A stretch of 64,000 nt of DNA from Cystobasidiomycetes sp. EMM_F5 (Eukaryota), in the NCBI GenBank assembly GCA_051047955.1, contig JBPGPT010000006.1, positions 372,001-436,000 on the forward strand, read 5' to 3'. The position numbers were made by a program, and so were the translations under genes. Under the pieces are notes generated by a model. It had not been told where the DNA came from and searched no databases. It saw only the letters and a list, made by a program, of their open reading frames with translations. This document shows, one piece after another, positions 63,794-64,000 of the stretch (the stretch's first letter is position 1; the number at the start of each line of letters is the position of its first letter).

Positions 63794-64000
63794 GGCAGTA
63801 ACCTATGAAATAATGTCGTTGTAAAGACCTGCGTTAGTAATGTTATAAAGATTTTACTTCGAGTCTGCAACCCGCTTGTTTGCGTGAACAAGCCTTGCGG
63901 ATTCCGGGGTTGGCCATGGCCAATAACAGCAATCCGGATCGCGTGAGCAAACGCGTCTGACAGGCCCTCGTACGGCAAAAATAACTGATGCAGCTCAATT

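Noticed and set aside
1..64000. tRNA, rRNA, CRISPR arrays, transposase or reverse-transcriptase ORFs
   Set aside because: I saw no cloverleaf, repeat-spacer array or mobile-element protein motifs by eye. Small ncRNAs could still have been missed.

Overview
Gene-dense, intron-rich eukaryotic DNA that looks like a compact basidiomycete fungal genome. This is inferred from short (~50-90 nt) GT-AG introns with CTRAY-type branch points and from the fungal gene families present. I can support about 35 protein-coding loci, mostly arranged as tight head-to-head pairs. Most are housekeeping genes: ADY2-like transporter, EMP65/TAPT1, ETF-QO, an SDR, ZNF706-like, NOB1, FBXO21-like, STEEP1, CBP6, SUA5, GatF-like, VPS17, prefoldin 2, NDUFS8, VAC14, a class I GATase, NDUFAF3, NDUFA13, RRN3 and C9orf78. 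The stand-out items are: (1) a KRE6/SKN1 - DUF3405 - KRE6/SKN1 cell-wall cluster whose paralogs share a gene-conversion-like tract spanning an intron; (2) a tandem array of four divergent F-box/LRR-like genes in an A-B-A-B pattern, with one frameshifted copy and one interrupted copy; (3) one large gene joining a PP1-docking RVxF motif, a CBM21 domain and an MDR-type oxidoreductase; (4) two genes 20 kb apart sharing WxHDL and IDxYVPHYA motifs; (5) a BCL7/Rtt102-like small gene. I saw no tRNA, rRNA, CRISPR or intact transposon. Exon boundaries were worked out by hand and family calls come from motif recognition, not database searches.
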